From assembly GCA_039915865.1 (NCBI GenBank), contig JBDSML010000177.1, forward strand, positions 3,323-67,322: a stretch of DNA of 64,000 nt, written 5' to 3'. Positions within the stretch are counted from its first letter, which is position 1. Each line of letters begins with the position of its first letter. Below, piece by piece: positions 47,069-57,063 of this stretch. The stretch is from Gemmatimonadaceae bacterium (GTDB taxonomy: Bacteria; Gemmatimonadota; Gemmatimonadetes; Gemmatimonadales; Gemmatimonadaceae). The notes under the pieces are model-generated. The model did no database searches. It saw only the letters and a list, made by a program, of their open reading frames with translations, and was not told the DNA's origin. The position numbers and the translations under genes were made by a program.

Positions 47069-48490
47069 TCACGGCCAGACGAGAGTCGCAACGGCACCAG
47101 CCGGAATGGAATAGGGGATCTCCCGATCCCCGCTGCGAATGGCGAACGACACAGGCCCCGGTGACGAGTTGAGGACGATCACCACCTTCGACCCGTCGTC
47201 GGCATTCCTGAATGCAACGCTCTGCAGCCCGCCGACGTTCGTGGTCGACGCAATGCGCCGCGCACCTGGCCGCACGAACTTGCTCGCGTGCGCGAGGACG
47301 TAGTACTCGACGTTGCGCGTCACCGCGCCCGTCCTCGAGTCGATCGTGATCACCCCACGACAATTCCCGCAGCCGCCGAGGTGCGGACCCGCGTTCTCGT
47401 CGAGCGCCAGGTTCCAGTACGCGACGCCTCTCGCCCAGCCGCGGACGCTGTTGATGATCAGCGTACTCACATTCCACTTGAGGTTGTCGGCGAACGACGG
47501 CGCCCAGGCACCTCCGGAACACTCGGTGAAGTAGGCGTCCTTCGTGGGATACGCGGCGTGCACCGTCTCCTGCACACTCGGCTCACCGGCATAGCAGTGC
47601 CACGCGACGCCACTCACATAGCGACGTGCCACGCTATCCGACAGCACACCGAGCGGCTCGACGGACGCATCCCAATTGTGGTCCCACTCGAGGATGAGTG
47701 TCGGGATCCCTTCGCGAGCGAACAGCGGCCCGACGTGCCGTCCGATCAGCTCTGCGCGCTGCTTGGCATCGAGGCGCATGCCCGGATAGTCCGCCGGTTC
47801 GAACGCCGGCTCGTTCTGCATGGTCACGGCGAACAGGGGCACACCTTCCGCCGCGTAGGCGCGAATGAACCGCCGGAAATACTCGGCGTACGGGGCATAC
47901 ATCTCCGGCCGCAGCGTGCCTTTCACCAGGCTGCCCGTCGTCTTCATCCACGCCGGCGCGCTCCACGGTGAGCCGACAACCTTGAGCTGCGGATTGATCG
48001 CCAACGCCGCCCTGAGCACGGGCAACTTGTCCGCGCGATCCGGCGCGATCGAGAATCGGGCAAGCGAGACATCACTCTCGCCGGCTAACATGTCGTCGTA
48101 GGTATAGTGTGTCGACGAGTAGTCCGACGCGCCCATCGGCGTGCGCACGAAGCTCAAACCGATGCCACCATCGCGGCCGAACAACTCGCGCAACACCGCG
48201 TCTCGGTGCGTGCCGAGCCTCCTGTTGATCAGCCATGCCGATGCATCCGTCATCCCGGCGCCGAAGCCGACGATCTCCTGATAGCGTGTCGCTTCGTCGA
48301 CGTCGATCACGAGGCCTGAAGTGCCAGGGGCCGGGACGATGACCACGTCCGGCTCCGGCGACAGCAGTCGCGACTGGTCAGCCGTCGTGATCCACGCATG
48401 CGCGACGTCGCTGCCGCTGCGCGTGCCCACGCGACCACCGCACGCAGCGAGCAGGATCGTGAACGCGAGCCAGCCACGCATCGCTCGCAC
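47069..48490 (-). CDS. glycoside hydrolase family 30 (glucosylceramidase-like / beta-1,6-glycanase) lipoprotein
   Basis: Lipobox LLAAC. YQEIVGFGAGMTDASAWL, GLSFVRTPMGASDYS, VGSPWSAPAWMKT, FAVTMQNEPAFEP (catalytic Glu context). Confidence 0.85.
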   Translation of the reverse strand: MRAMRGWLAFTILLAACGGRVGTRSGSDVAHAWITTADQSRLLSPEPDVVIVPAPGTSGLVIDVDEATRYQEIVGFGAGMTDASAWLINRRLGTHRDAVLRELFGRDGGIGLSFVRTPMGASDYSSTHYTYDDMLAGESDVSLARFSIAPDRADKLPVLRAALAINPQLKVVGSPWSAPAWMKTTGSLVKGTLRPEMYAPYAEYFRRFIRAYAAEGVPLFAVTMQNEPAFEPADYPGMRLDAKQRAELIGRHVGPLFAREGIPTLILEWDHNWDASVEPLGVLSDSVARRYVSGVAWHCYAGEPSVQETVHAAYPTKDAYFTECSGGAWAPSFADNLKWNVSTLIINSVRGWARGVAYWNLALDENAGPHLGGCGNCRGVITIDSRTGAVTRNVEYYVLAHASKFVRPGARRIASTTNVGGLQSVAFRNADDGSKVVIVLNSSPGPVSFAIRSGDREIPYSIPAGAVATLVWP

Positions 48491-49960
48491 TTACGGCACG
48501 ACGCCGGCCCGCGGGAACTTCTCGGCACGCATTGCCGCCTGATACGCGAACGACGCCAGCACCACCGCGGCCTGCTTCAGCTCCTCCGGCTTCACACGCT
48601 CGTAGAAGTCCATGTTCGTGTGATGCATGCGCGTGTCGTAGCCGACATAGTCCTGGATCGTGTTGAACGCCGGCATGCCGAGCGCGATGAACGAGAGGTG
48701 GTCGGTGTTGCCGATCTTCTCGACGATGTTGCGCCGGCCGCCGACATCCTTGAGCGGCGCGAGCCACGAATCGAACAACGCCTTCGCCGCCGAATTGCCT
48801 TCGCTGTACCAACCGTAGATCGGGCCCGTGCCAGGGTCGTTGTTGAGATATACCGACAGCTTGTCGCGCGCCTGGGCATTCGCGTCGCCGGCATAGTGCT
48901 GCGCAACATAGGCCTTCGAGCCGAGCAGGCCCTCTTCCTCGCCGCCCCAGATGGCCGCGCGAATCGTCCGCTTCGGCGCAATGCCCAGTGTCTTCAGGAT
49001 CCGCATCGCCTCGATCAACTCGGCCACGGCATCCGCATTGTCCGTTGCACCAGTGGCCGAGTGCCACGAATCGATATGCGCGCCAAGCAGCACGACTTCA
49101 TCGCCGATCACTGGATCCGTGCCGGGAATCTCCGCGATGACGTTGTAGCCATTGGTGTCGGCGGAGTAGTACTTCGTCTGCACGTTGACGCGCAGCTTCA
49201 CCGGCACACCGCTCTCGACGGCCCGCGCGATCATGTTGTAGTGCTCCGCGGCGACGATCACCGACGGAATGGAGTTTTCGGGCGATCCGTTGCGATTGCC
49301 GAGGACGAACATCGTGCCCTCGGTGCCCTCGGTGGGACGCAGCACGACCCCAGCGCCGAGCTCACGCAGCGTTGCCTGCAACGCCGCGCGCGTGAGCGGA
49401 CCGGCGGCGACGTTCGCGCGTGGCGCGCCGATCGGCACCGGTTGATCGCTCTCCGTGGGCTGGAGCCGATCCTTCGTGATGAACGCGTCCTGCGGCTTCG
49501 TCGCCAACACGATCGCGCCCTTCAGCGAGCCAGCGCGCGCCTTCACCGAGTCCGCGTTGGCGAGCGCTCCAATGTAGACGGGCGACGCCGTGATCTCGCG
49601 CGCCATCGACGGCGTCCACGCCTCTGGAAAGCCGATCATCGGGAAGTAGCGCGGCTCGACCATCTCGAGGGTGAACTTCTCGAGCGTCCAACCCTTTCCG
49701 TAGGGCCACGACTCCGCATGGACCTTGGAGAGCCCGTATCGATTCAGCGTCGCCACCGACCAGTCGATCGACTGCTTGAACGCCGGACTCCCCGTCAGCC
49801 TCGGCCCGATGACGTTCGTGAGGTGATTGAACATCTCGACGACGTGCGAGCGATTCATTCCTTCGTCGCGAATGCGTGCGAGTGTGGCTGCATCCTGTGC
49901 GTGGGCGATGTGCGAGCACAGGAGCAGGGCGGTCGCAGCGGCGGAGAGCGTTCGCGTCAT
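48491..49960 (-). CDS. M28-family aminopeptidase with PA domain, secreted
   Basis: ORF 48491..49999, trimmed to MTRTLSAAATALLLCSHIAHAQ. VVLLGAHIDSWHSATGATDNADAVA, WGGEEEGLLGS, and DHLSF. Confidence 0.85.
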   Translation of the reverse strand: MTRTLSAAATALLLCSHIAHAQDAATLARIRDEGMNRSHVVEMFNHLTNVIGPRLTGSPAFKQSIDWSVATLNRYGLSKVHAESWPYGKGWTLEKFTLEMVEPRYFPMIGFPEAWTPSMAREITASPVYIGALANADSVKARAGSLKGAIVLATKPQDAFITKDRLQPTESDQPVPIGAPRANVAAGPLTRAALQATLRELGAGVVLRPTEGTEGTMFVLGNRNGSPENSIPSVIVAAEHYNMIARAVESGVPVKLRVNVQTKYYSADTNGYNVIAEIPGTDPVIGDEVVLLGAHIDSWHSATGATDNADAVAELIEAMRILKTLGIAPKRTIRAAIWGGEEEGLLGSKAYVAQHYAGDANAQARDKLSVYLNNDPGTGPIYGWYSEGNSAAKALFDSWLAPLKDVGGRRNIVEKIGNTDHLSFIALGMPAFNTIQDYVGYDTRMHHTNMDFYERVKPEELKQAAVVLASFAYQAAMRAEKFPRAGVVP

Positions 49961-50119
49961 TCGGTGTCTCGGGGTGCGGGCGATGCACAAACCTGTCATC
50001 CCGCACGAGCAACAGCGAGTATCGGGACCTGTCGTACGTCAATTATAGCCGACGCTGGCCAGCGATCGTCGGCACGACTTCAGGTCCCGAGGCGTCACAG
50101 AACATGCTACCTTGGCCGC

Positions 50120-51287
50120 ATGAACGACCTGCTTGCCGCCCGCTCGCAGGTGGGCGAAGGGGACGGCGATCCTCTTCGCCATCGGCGCGGTGTCGGGCAC
50201 GGTGCTGTCGTTCGAGCTCGGGCTGCTGTGGCCGGGCTTCATGCAGTTTGCCGGACCCTTGATCGGAATGCCGTTCTCGCTGGAGGGCTTCGCCTTCTTT
50301 CTCGAGGCGATCTTCCTCGGCGTCTACCTCTACGGCTGGGATCGCGTGAGTCCGCGCGCGCATCTCGCGGCGGGTGCGGTGGTGGCGGCGAGTGGTGCGG
50401 CGTCGGCGGTGTTCGTCGTGATGGTCAATGCGTGGATGAACACGCCCACCGGATTCGAAGTGTCTGCCGATGGCAAGTTGCTCAACATCGATCCCATCGC
50501 GGCGATGCAGAGCCCTGCGGCATTTCAGCAGGCGTTGCACATGCTGTTGGCGGCGTATGCTGCGACCGGTCTCGCGGTCGCGGGCGTGCACGCACTCGTG
50601 CTGCTGCGAGGCGGATCGTCCGCGTTGCACAGGCGTGCGCTCGGCATTGCACTACTCGTCGGCGCGCCGGCGGCCGTGCTGCAACCGCTCTCGGGCGACA
50701 TCAGCGCCCGCGTCGTTGCGGTGACGCAGCCGGTCAAGCTTGCCGCGCTGGAATCGCAGTGGACGACCGAACGCGGCGCGCCGTTGCGAATCGGCGGCAT
50801 TCCCGACGCGGAGCACGAACGGATACGCTGGGCGCTCGAGATTCCGTACGGGCTGTCGCTGCTGGCCTTTCACGATCCGCACGCCGAGGTGAAGGGTCTC
50901 GACAGCATCGCGAAAGCCGATCGTCCTCCCATCGCCATCGTCCACATCGCCTTTCAGGTGATGGTGGCACTCGGCTCGACGATGGCAGTCGTCGGGCTGT
51001 TCGCCGGGTGGGTCGCGTGGCGCCGTCGCGACGTTGCAACGAACAAGACGCTGTTGCGTGCGCTGGTGGTCGTCATGCCATTTGGCTTCATCGCCACTGA
51101 GGCCGGATGGATCGTGACCGAGGTGGGACGCCAGCCATGGGTGGTGCAGGGGCTGATGCGGACGTCCGACGCCGTGACGCCGATGCCAGGGCTCGTCGTA
51201 CCGATGACGCTGTTCACGCTTCTATATGTGGGGCTCGGCGCCATCGTCGTCGCGCTGATGACCTCACTCGTGCGCGAGACGGCCTGA
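50120..51287 (+). pseudogene. cydA: cytochrome bd ubiquinol oxidase subunit I with internal 5' deletion/frameshift
   Basis: ATG at 50120 encodes MNDLLAARSQ, aligning to E. coli CydA ...ELSRLQ. The frame then shifts, and ORF 50133..51287 resumes at RRWAKGTAILFAIGAVSGTVLSFELG, aligning to [26 protein letters not shown]. About 40 residues comprising TM1 with the conserved His19 are missing. The rest of the protein looks intact (Q-loop region, GRQPWVV). Confidence 0.6.
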
Positions 51288-52339
51288 TGGACTTCCTCGC
51301 GTCGATCGGCCTCCCGGAGATCATCGCCGGCAGTCTCGTCCTCGGCCTCAACGCCTACGTGCTCACCGGCGGCGCAGACTTCGGGGGCGGCGTGTGGGAT
51401 CTCTTCGCGACTGGTCCGCGCAAGGCAGCACAGCGCGCGCTGATCGCAAAGTCGATCGGTCCGATCTGGGAGGCAAACCATGTCTGGCTGATTCTCGTCG
51501 TCGTGATCCTGTTCACGGCATTCCCCGCCGCGTTCGCGACGCTCGGCATCGTGCTGCACATCCCGCTGTCGCTGATGCTGGTCGGCGTGGTGCTGCGTGG
51601 GTCGTCGTTCGTGTTTCGGAGCTATGGCGCGCGGGACAAGACGAGCCAGCGACGCTGGGGACGCGTGTTCGCGATCGCGAGCGTCGTGACGCCGGTGCTG
51701 CTCGGGACGATCGTGGGTGCGATTGCGTCGGGCGCCGTGGGCGATGCGGCATCACTGCTGCCGGTTGCTGGTACAGCGTCCACGGCCCCTTTCGCGAGAG
51801 TTTTCGTCGCGCCGTGGCTCGCGCCATTCCCACTCGCGATGGGTGCGTTGGCGCTCGCGATGTTCGCCTTTCTCGCGGCGGTATATCTCGCGCACGCCGC
51901 GACTGACGCCGCCTTGCGCGACGACTTTCGACGCCGTGCACTTGGCGCCGCGGCGGCGATGTTCGTCACCGCATTCGGTGCACTCGGCGTCGCACACATG
52001 CATGCGCCGGACATGCGCCGCGAGCTCACCGCGGGGTTCGCGATCTACGTCCAGGTGGCGACGGGAGTCGCTGCGCTCGCGGCGATCTGGGCACTATGGA
52101 CGCGACGCTGGGCCGTCGCGCGCATCGCCGCGGCCGCACAGGTGTCGCTCATTCTCTGGGGCTGGGTCGTGGTGCAGTACCCGTACGTCATTCCGCCGTC
52201 GCAGGCGCTGCGAGCGACGGCCGCGCCGAGGATTGCGCTCGTGCTGTTGGTGTGGGGGCTGGTCGGCGGGAGCCTGATTCTCATTCCGTCGCTGGTCTAT
52301 CTCTTTCGCACGTTCGCGGCGAGCGATCGCGACGCTTGA
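51287..52339 (+). CDS. cydB: cytochrome bd ubiquinol oxidase subunit II
   Basis: ORF 51107..52339, trimmed to MDFLASIGLPEIIAGSLVLGLNAYVLTGGADFGGGVWDL. GPIWEANHVWLI. Its ATG overlaps the cydA TGA by 1 nt. Confidence 0.85.
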   Translation: MDFLASIGLPEIIAGSLVLGLNAYVLTGGADFGGGVWDLFATGPRKAAQRALIAKSIGPIWEANHVWLILVVVILFTAFPAAFATLGIVLHIPLSLMLVGVVLRGSSFVFRSYGARDKTSQRRWGRVFAIASVVTPVLLGTIVGAIASGAVGDAASLLPVAGTASTAPFARVFVAPWLAPFPLAMGALALAMFAFLAAVYLAHAATDAALRDDFRRRALGAAAAMFVTAFGALGVAHMHAPDMRRELTAGFAIYVQVATGVAALAAIWALWTRRWAVARIAAAAQVSLILWGWVVVQYPYVIPPSQALRATAAPRIALVLLVWGLVGGSLILIPSLVYLFRTFAASDRDA

Positions 52340-52354
52340 AGTGTCATCCCCCCG

Positions 52355-52382
52355 CCTCGCCGCCATGCAGAGGGCGGCGAGG
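52355..52382 (+). terminator. GC-rich hairpin downstream of cydB (no U-tract)
   Basis: 10-bp perfect stem cctcgccgcc / ggcggcgagg with loop atgcagag. It is preceded by gtcatcc and followed by ac, so it resembles the REP-like gtcatcc...ggac family. Confidence 0.4.
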
Positions 52383-52517
52383 ACGCATGAGGTCGTCGGC
52401 CGGCATGGCTGGCGCAGACTTCCAACCCACACTACTCGCGGACCGCCGATTTCCTCCACATATTCGCGCAATCAGTGTTCGATGCGCACTGTCGTGTGAA
52501 ACGCCAAGGAGGAAACG

Positions 52518-54200
52518 GTGCAGTCAGCAACAACCTACGACGCAATTGTGGTGGGGTCGGGCATCTCGGGCGGATGGGCGGCCAAGGAGCTCACGGAAAA
52601 AGGACTCAACGTCCTCCTGCTCGAGCGCGGCCGGAATGTCGAGCACATCAAGGACTACATCAACGCCACCAAGGCGCCCTGGGAATATCTCCACCGCGGC
52701 GGTCGCACCAAGGCAATGGAAGAGGAATACCAGGTCCTCAAGCGCGACTATCCGCTCAACGAGAAGAACCTCGACTTCTGGGTGAAGGACAAGGAGTCGC
52801 CCTACACGGAAGTGAAGCGCTTCGACTGGTATCGGGGATATCAGGTCGGCGGCCGCTCCCTCATGTGGGGACGCCAGAGCTACCGGCACTCGGACTTCGA
52901 CTTCGGCGCCAACGTAAAGGATGGTATCGCGATCGACTGGCCCATCCGCTACGCTGAGATCGCGCCGTGGTACGATCTGGTCGAGAAGCACTCGGGCATC
53001 TCCGGGTCACGCGACGGTCTGGCCCAGTTGCCCGACGGACAGTTCCAGCCCGCGATGCCGCTGAACTGCGGCGAAGAGATGGTGGCGTCGAAGCTCAGGA
53101 AGGCCTTCAACGGGGCGCGACACATGATCCCGGGCCGCGTGGCGAACGCGACCAAGCAGCTCGAGGGGCGCAATGCCTGCCAGTACCGCAACGCGTGCTG
53201 GCTCGGCTGCCCCTACGGCGCGTACTTCAGCACGCAGTCGTCCACGCTGCCCGCCGCCATGAAGACGGGCAAGCTCACGCTCAAGCCGTGGTCGATCGTC
53301 AGCGAAGTGATCTTCGACAAGGACAAGAAGCGCGCGAGCGGCGTTCGCGTGATGGACGCCGTCAGCGAAAAGACGACGGACTACTCCGCGAAGGTGATCT
53401 TCCTCTGCGCGTCGACGATCAACTCCACGTGGCTGCTCCTCCGCTCCGCCACCGACGTGTGGCCCGGTGGACTCGGCTCGAGCTCCGGTGAGCTCGGCCA
53501 CAACCTGATGGACCATCATTTCCGCTGCGGCGCCGAAGGGCAGCTCGAGGGAATGGAGGACAAGACATACTTCGGTCGTCGTCCCACCGGCTTCTATATC
53601 CCGCGGTACCGTAACCTGTTTGGCGAGAAACGGGACTATCTCCGCGGCTTCGGCTATCAGGGCAGCGCCGGACGCGAAGGCTGGTCGCGCGCGGTGAAGG
53701 AGCTTGGCGTCGGCGGAGGGTTCAAGGACCAGATGGCGGAACCGGGTTCGTGGACCATCGGCGGAACGGCATTCGGCGAGATGCTCCCGAACCACGCCAA
53801 CCAGATCTCGCTCGACAGCACGAAGAAGGACAAGTGGGGCATGCCGGTCATCGCGATCGACTGCGCGACGGGCGAGAACGAGGCGAAGATGCGCAAGGAC
53901 ATGATTGCCGACATGGCCGAGATGCTCGAACAGACCGGCGTGAAGAAGGTGAAAACGTACGACAACGAGTACTTCCCCGGCATGGGCATTCACGAGATGG
54001 GCACGGCGCGCATGGGCAAGGATCCGAAGACGTCGGTGCTCAACTCGCACAATCAGGTGTGGGATGCGCCGAACGTGTTCGTCACCGACGGTTCGTGCAT
54101 GACGTCGGCGGCGTGCGTCAATCCGTCGCTCACGTACATGGCGCTCACGGCTCGCGCGGCTGCCTTCGCCGTGGGTGAGCTCAACAAGCGCAACCTCTGA
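52518..54200 (+). CDS. GMC-family FAD-dependent oxidoreductase (gluconate 2-dehydrogenase flavoprotein-subunit-like)
   Basis: GTG start preceded by aaggagg. YDAIVVGSGISGGWAAKELTEKGLNVLLLERG (Rossmann FAD motif). The C-terminal GMC motif is HEMGTARMG...VFVTDGS. Confidence 0.9.
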   Translation: MQSATTYDAIVVGSGISGGWAAKELTEKGLNVLLLERGRNVEHIKDYINATKAPWEYLHRGGRTKAMEEEYQVLKRDYPLNEKNLDFWVKDKESPYTEVKRFDWYRGYQVGGRSLMWGRQSYRHSDFDFGANVKDGIAIDWPIRYAEIAPWYDLVEKHSGISGSRDGLAQLPDGQFQPAMPLNCGEEMVASKLRKAFNGARHMIPGRVANATKQLEGRNACQYRNACWLGCPYGAYFSTQSSTLPAAMKTGKLTLKPWSIVSEVIFDKDKKRASGVRVMDAVSEKTTDYSAKVIFLCASTINSTWLLLRSATDVWPGGLGSSSGELGHNLMDHHFRCGAEGQLEGMEDKTYFGRRPTGFYIPRYRNLFGEKRDYLRGFGYQGSAGREGWSRAVKELGVGGGFKDQMAEPGSWTIGGTAFGEMLPNHANQISLDSTKKDKWGMPVIAIDCATGENEAKMRKDMIADMAEMLEQTGVKKVKTYDNEYFPGMGIHEMGTARMGKDPKTSVLNSHNQVWDAPNVFVTDGSCMTSAACVNPSLTYMALTARAAAFAVGELNKRNL

Positions 54201-54213
54201 CCGGGCGATCAAC

Positions 54214-54975
54214 ATGACAGAGACCGAGGAAATCCGCCTGCTCAATCGTCGCGAGGCCATTCGTCGCGTGAGCTTCATGCTCGGCGGCATCGCGTTCGTC
54301 GGCGGGACGAGCCTGATGACGGCGTGCGAGAAGGCCGGCACGCCGAGCGCCGATTCGGCGAAGAATGTCGCGGCGAAGTTCACGCCGGAGGACATCGCGT
54401 ATCTCGACGAGATCGCCGATACGATCCTGCCGACGACGGCGAAGAGTCCCGGCGCCAAGGCCGCGAAGACCGGCGCGTTCATGGCGCTCATGGTCACCGA
54501 CAGCTATGGCCCCGACGACCAGAAGCGCTTCCGCGACGGCATGAAGACGCTGGACGACGCGAGCAAGAAGGCGAACAAGGTTGGCTTCATGCAGGCGACG
54601 CCGGAGCAGCGCACGGCGCTTCTGACGTCGCTCGACCTCGAGGCGAAGCGCGTGTCCGACGGCAAGGAAGCGGCGGATCGCAAGAAGAAGGGTCTCGCTC
54701 CATTGGCGGCCGCGGAGACGGCCCCCGCCGGCGGCGCGCACCTGCCGGATGAACGGCAGGAAGCCCAGATAGGCTCCGAGGCTGGCGGCGCCGCGGCCAT
54801 CACGGCCGACACGCCGACGCACTACTTCCGCATGATGAAGGAGCTGGCCTGTCTCGGCTTCTTCACGTCGGAGATCGGCTACACGAAGGCGATGCGCTAC
54901 GTGGAGTCGCCGGGCAGGTTCGATCCCTGCATGCCGTACACGAAGGGTGAGCCGGCGTGGGCACCGCACGCCTGA
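54214..54975 (+). CDS. gluconate 2-dehydrogenase subunit-3-family protein (Tat signal)
   Basis: ORF 54175..54975, trimmed to MTETEEIRLLNRREAIRRVSFMLGGIAFVGG (twin-Arg-like). It is the usual small partner gene downstream of this GMC type. Confidence 0.75.
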   Translation: MTETEEIRLLNRREAIRRVSFMLGGIAFVGGTSLMTACEKAGTPSADSAKNVAAKFTPEDIAYLDEIADTILPTTAKSPGAKAAKTGAFMALMVTDSYGPDDQKRFRDGMKTLDDASKKANKVGFMQATPEQRTALLTSLDLEAKRVSDGKEAADRKKKGLAPLAAAETAPAGGAHLPDERQEAQIGSEAGGAAAITADTPTHYFRMMKELACLGFFTSEIGYTKAMRYVESPGRFDPCMPYTKGEPAWAPHA

Positions 54976-55006
54976 CGAGGAATCACGAACGGAACGCGGC
55001 CCGCTG

Positions 55007-55975
55007 ATGTCGAGCGACCCCTTCGGACTGCCGGCAACACCTCGACGCGTGCGAGACATCGCACGCGTCGTTCCGTTGGCACTTCATGTTCGCAGCCGCG
55101 CGCTGACGCTGATCGATGCCACGCCTGACACACCGGCGTGGCATCGCTTCGTGTCACGCGTCCTCCTGCTGCTCGGCGCAGGACTCGTGTTGTCGGGCGT
55201 GGTCTGCTTCGTCGCGTACAACTGGAACCGCTTCGGCGCGTTTCCGAAGTTCGCGCTCATCGAAGTGGCGATCGTCGGTGCGGCGATCGTCGGGTGGCGC
55301 ACGCTGCCGAGCCTCAGCGGGCAGGTCGCGCTCTCCGCGGCCGCGGTGCTTGTCGGTCCGCTGCTCGCGCTTTACGGGCAGGTCTACCAGACAGGGGCAG
55401 ATCCATACGGACTCTTTCTCGGCTGGCTCGCGCTCATCCTGCCGTGGGTGATCGCCGCGCAATTCGGCCCGCTGTGGCTGTTCGCGCTCGGCCTGCTCGA
55501 CGTGAGCGTGATGCTCTATTGGGGACAGGTGCTGGAGAAGGGCCTCCTTCGTGACGCGCAACCGGTGGTGATCGCGGTCATTCATGCGGTGGCGCTCATC
55601 GCGTACGAAGTGCAGCGGAGACTGACGACGCGTCGCACACCGCACCTCATCGCGACGATTGGTTTCGGGGCGCTGCTGATCTCCGCTTCGATCTGGGTGC
55701 TGGAGGATCATCGCAGCGGAGCGCATCTGTTGGGAGCGATCGCCTGTGCTGCAGCGATCGTCGCTGCGTTCCACTACTACCGACGCATGCGTCCCGATCG
55801 CTACATGGTGACGATTGCGGTCGCGTCCGGGCTCGCGTGGCTTGCCGTCGGCATCGGCAAGATTGTCTTCGACGAGCTGCACCTGGAGGTGGCCGGTGCC
55901 TTCGTGATGGCGTTCGTCGTACTCGGCGAAATCGCGCTCGGCCTGCGATGGTACCGTGGCTCGGTGGTGCGATAG
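55007..55975 (+). CDS. DUF2157-family polytopic membrane protein
   Basis: ORF 54947..55975, trimmed to MSSDPFGL. FVSRVLLLLGAGLVLSGVVCFVAYNWNRFGAFPKF and multiple TM helices. It is first in the conserved DUF2157/DUF4401/GDYXXLXY order. The family call is from memory. Confidence 0.65.
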   Translation: MSSDPFGLPATPRRVRDIARVVPLALHVRSRALTLIDATPDTPAWHRFVSRVLLLLGAGLVLSGVVCFVAYNWNRFGAFPKFALIEVAIVGAAIVGWRTLPSLSGQVALSAAAVLVGPLLALYGQVYQTGADPYGLFLGWLALILPWVIAAQFGPLWLFALGLLDVSVMLYWGQVLEKGLLRDAQPVVIAVIHAVALIAYEVQRRLTTRRTPHLIATIGFGALLISASIWVLEDHRSGAHLLGAIACAAAIVAAFHYYRRMRPDRYMVTIAVASGLAWLAVGIGKIVFDELHLEVAGAFVMAFVVLGEIALGLRWYRGSVVR

Positions 55976-55977
55976 CG

Positions 55978-57063
55978 ATGCGAATGACCGTCGGCGAGCT
56001 GATGACGCGCCTGCGCAACGAGGGCATTGCGAGCGAGGGCGATATCGGCGCGGTGCGCTCGGTTCTCGATGCGAGCGTCGAGCACGAGATGCCGATCTAC
56101 CTGCGGGCGCTGGTCGCACTCGGCGCGTGGGTGGCAACGATTCTGCTGATCGTCTTCTTCTACGCCATCCATCTCCTCGATGACAGGACGACGGCCCTCG
56201 TGTTCGGCGTCGTGCTGGTCGGCGGTGCCGCGTGGCTTCGACGACGATCCAACGGTGATTTCACGCGACACGCGGCCGTCGCGGCGAGCTTCGCCGGACA
56301 GGGGCTCATCGTCACTGCGGTGGAAGCCATCGATCACGGCCAGGGCATGCCGTTCATCGTGGCCGTCCTGATCTCGCTCGTGATGATCGTCGTCTTTCCC
56401 GATCCGCTGCATCGGTTCGTCTCTGCGGCTATCGCAGTGGGCGCAACCGCCGCTGCGCTCGTCGTGCTGCATGTCGCGCATGCGTTGGACGTGACGGCGT
56501 TGACGGCCGCGTTCGCCTGTGCGTGGGTCTGGCGCGACAGGCCCTGGCGTCGTTCGGATGATCTCACGGAGATGCTCACGCCGGTTGGCTACGGTCTCGC
56601 GATCGGGCTCTTCGCCTTGTGTCTGTTCAGCGCCTTCTACTCGACGGTCGGCCATCCCTACGAGCACGCCCCGCAATTTGGCGCGGTGACCACCAATGGC
56701 GTCGCCGTGATGCTCGCCGCATTGGTGCTCGTCATCCTGCGCGAGCACGACACGAGCCCGAGCAGCATCGCCGGCGTGGCGATCCTCGTCATCATCGCAC
56801 TGTTCGCCGCGCTGACGGCGAAGAGTCCCGGCATCATCATCGGCGCCGGCATCCTTCTCCTCGGCTTCGACCGTCGTAACCTCGTGTTGATCGAGCTCGC
56901 GTCGGCCTTCCTCATCGTCTTCGGCGCGGCGAACTACTACAACCTCGACCTGACCCTGCTCGAGAAGTCGGGAATCCTCGTCGCGAGCGGTGCACTCTGT
57001 CTCGTCGCGCGGCTGTTCGTCGGCAAGCTGCTCGTCGCGGGCAAGGAGGCGTTGCCGGAATGA
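55978..57063 (+). CDS. DUF4401-family polytopic membrane protein
   Basis: ORF 55837..57063, trimmed to MRMTVGELMTRLRNEGIASEG. About 10 TM helices. It starts 3 nt after the previous stop. Confidence 0.6.
   Translation: MRMTVGELMTRLRNEGIASEGDIGAVRSVLDASVEHEMPIYLRALVALGAWVATILLIVFFYAIHLLDDRTTALVFGVVLVGGAAWLRRRSNGDFTRHAAVAASFAGQGLIVTAVEAIDHGQGMPFIVAVLISLVMIVVFPDPLHRFVSAAIAVGATAAALVVLHVAHALDVTALTAAFACAWVWRDRPWRRSDDLTEMLTPVGYGLAIGLFALCLFSAFYSTVGHPYEHAPQFGAVTTNGVAVMLAALVLVILREHDTSPSSIAGVAILVIIALFAALTAKSPGIIIGAGILLLGFDRRNLVLIELASAFLIVFGAANYYNLDLTLLEKSGILVASGALCLVARLFVGKLLVAGKEALPE

Noticed and set aside
48398-51100. 900-aa plus-strand ORF spanning the M28 peptidase (antisense) and cydA (out of frame)
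   Set aside because: It has no recognisable domains and an extreme Arg/His/Asp composition. The overlapping frames carry clear M28 and CydA motifs. Only its short segment MNDLLAARSQ was used, as the residual cydA N-terminus.
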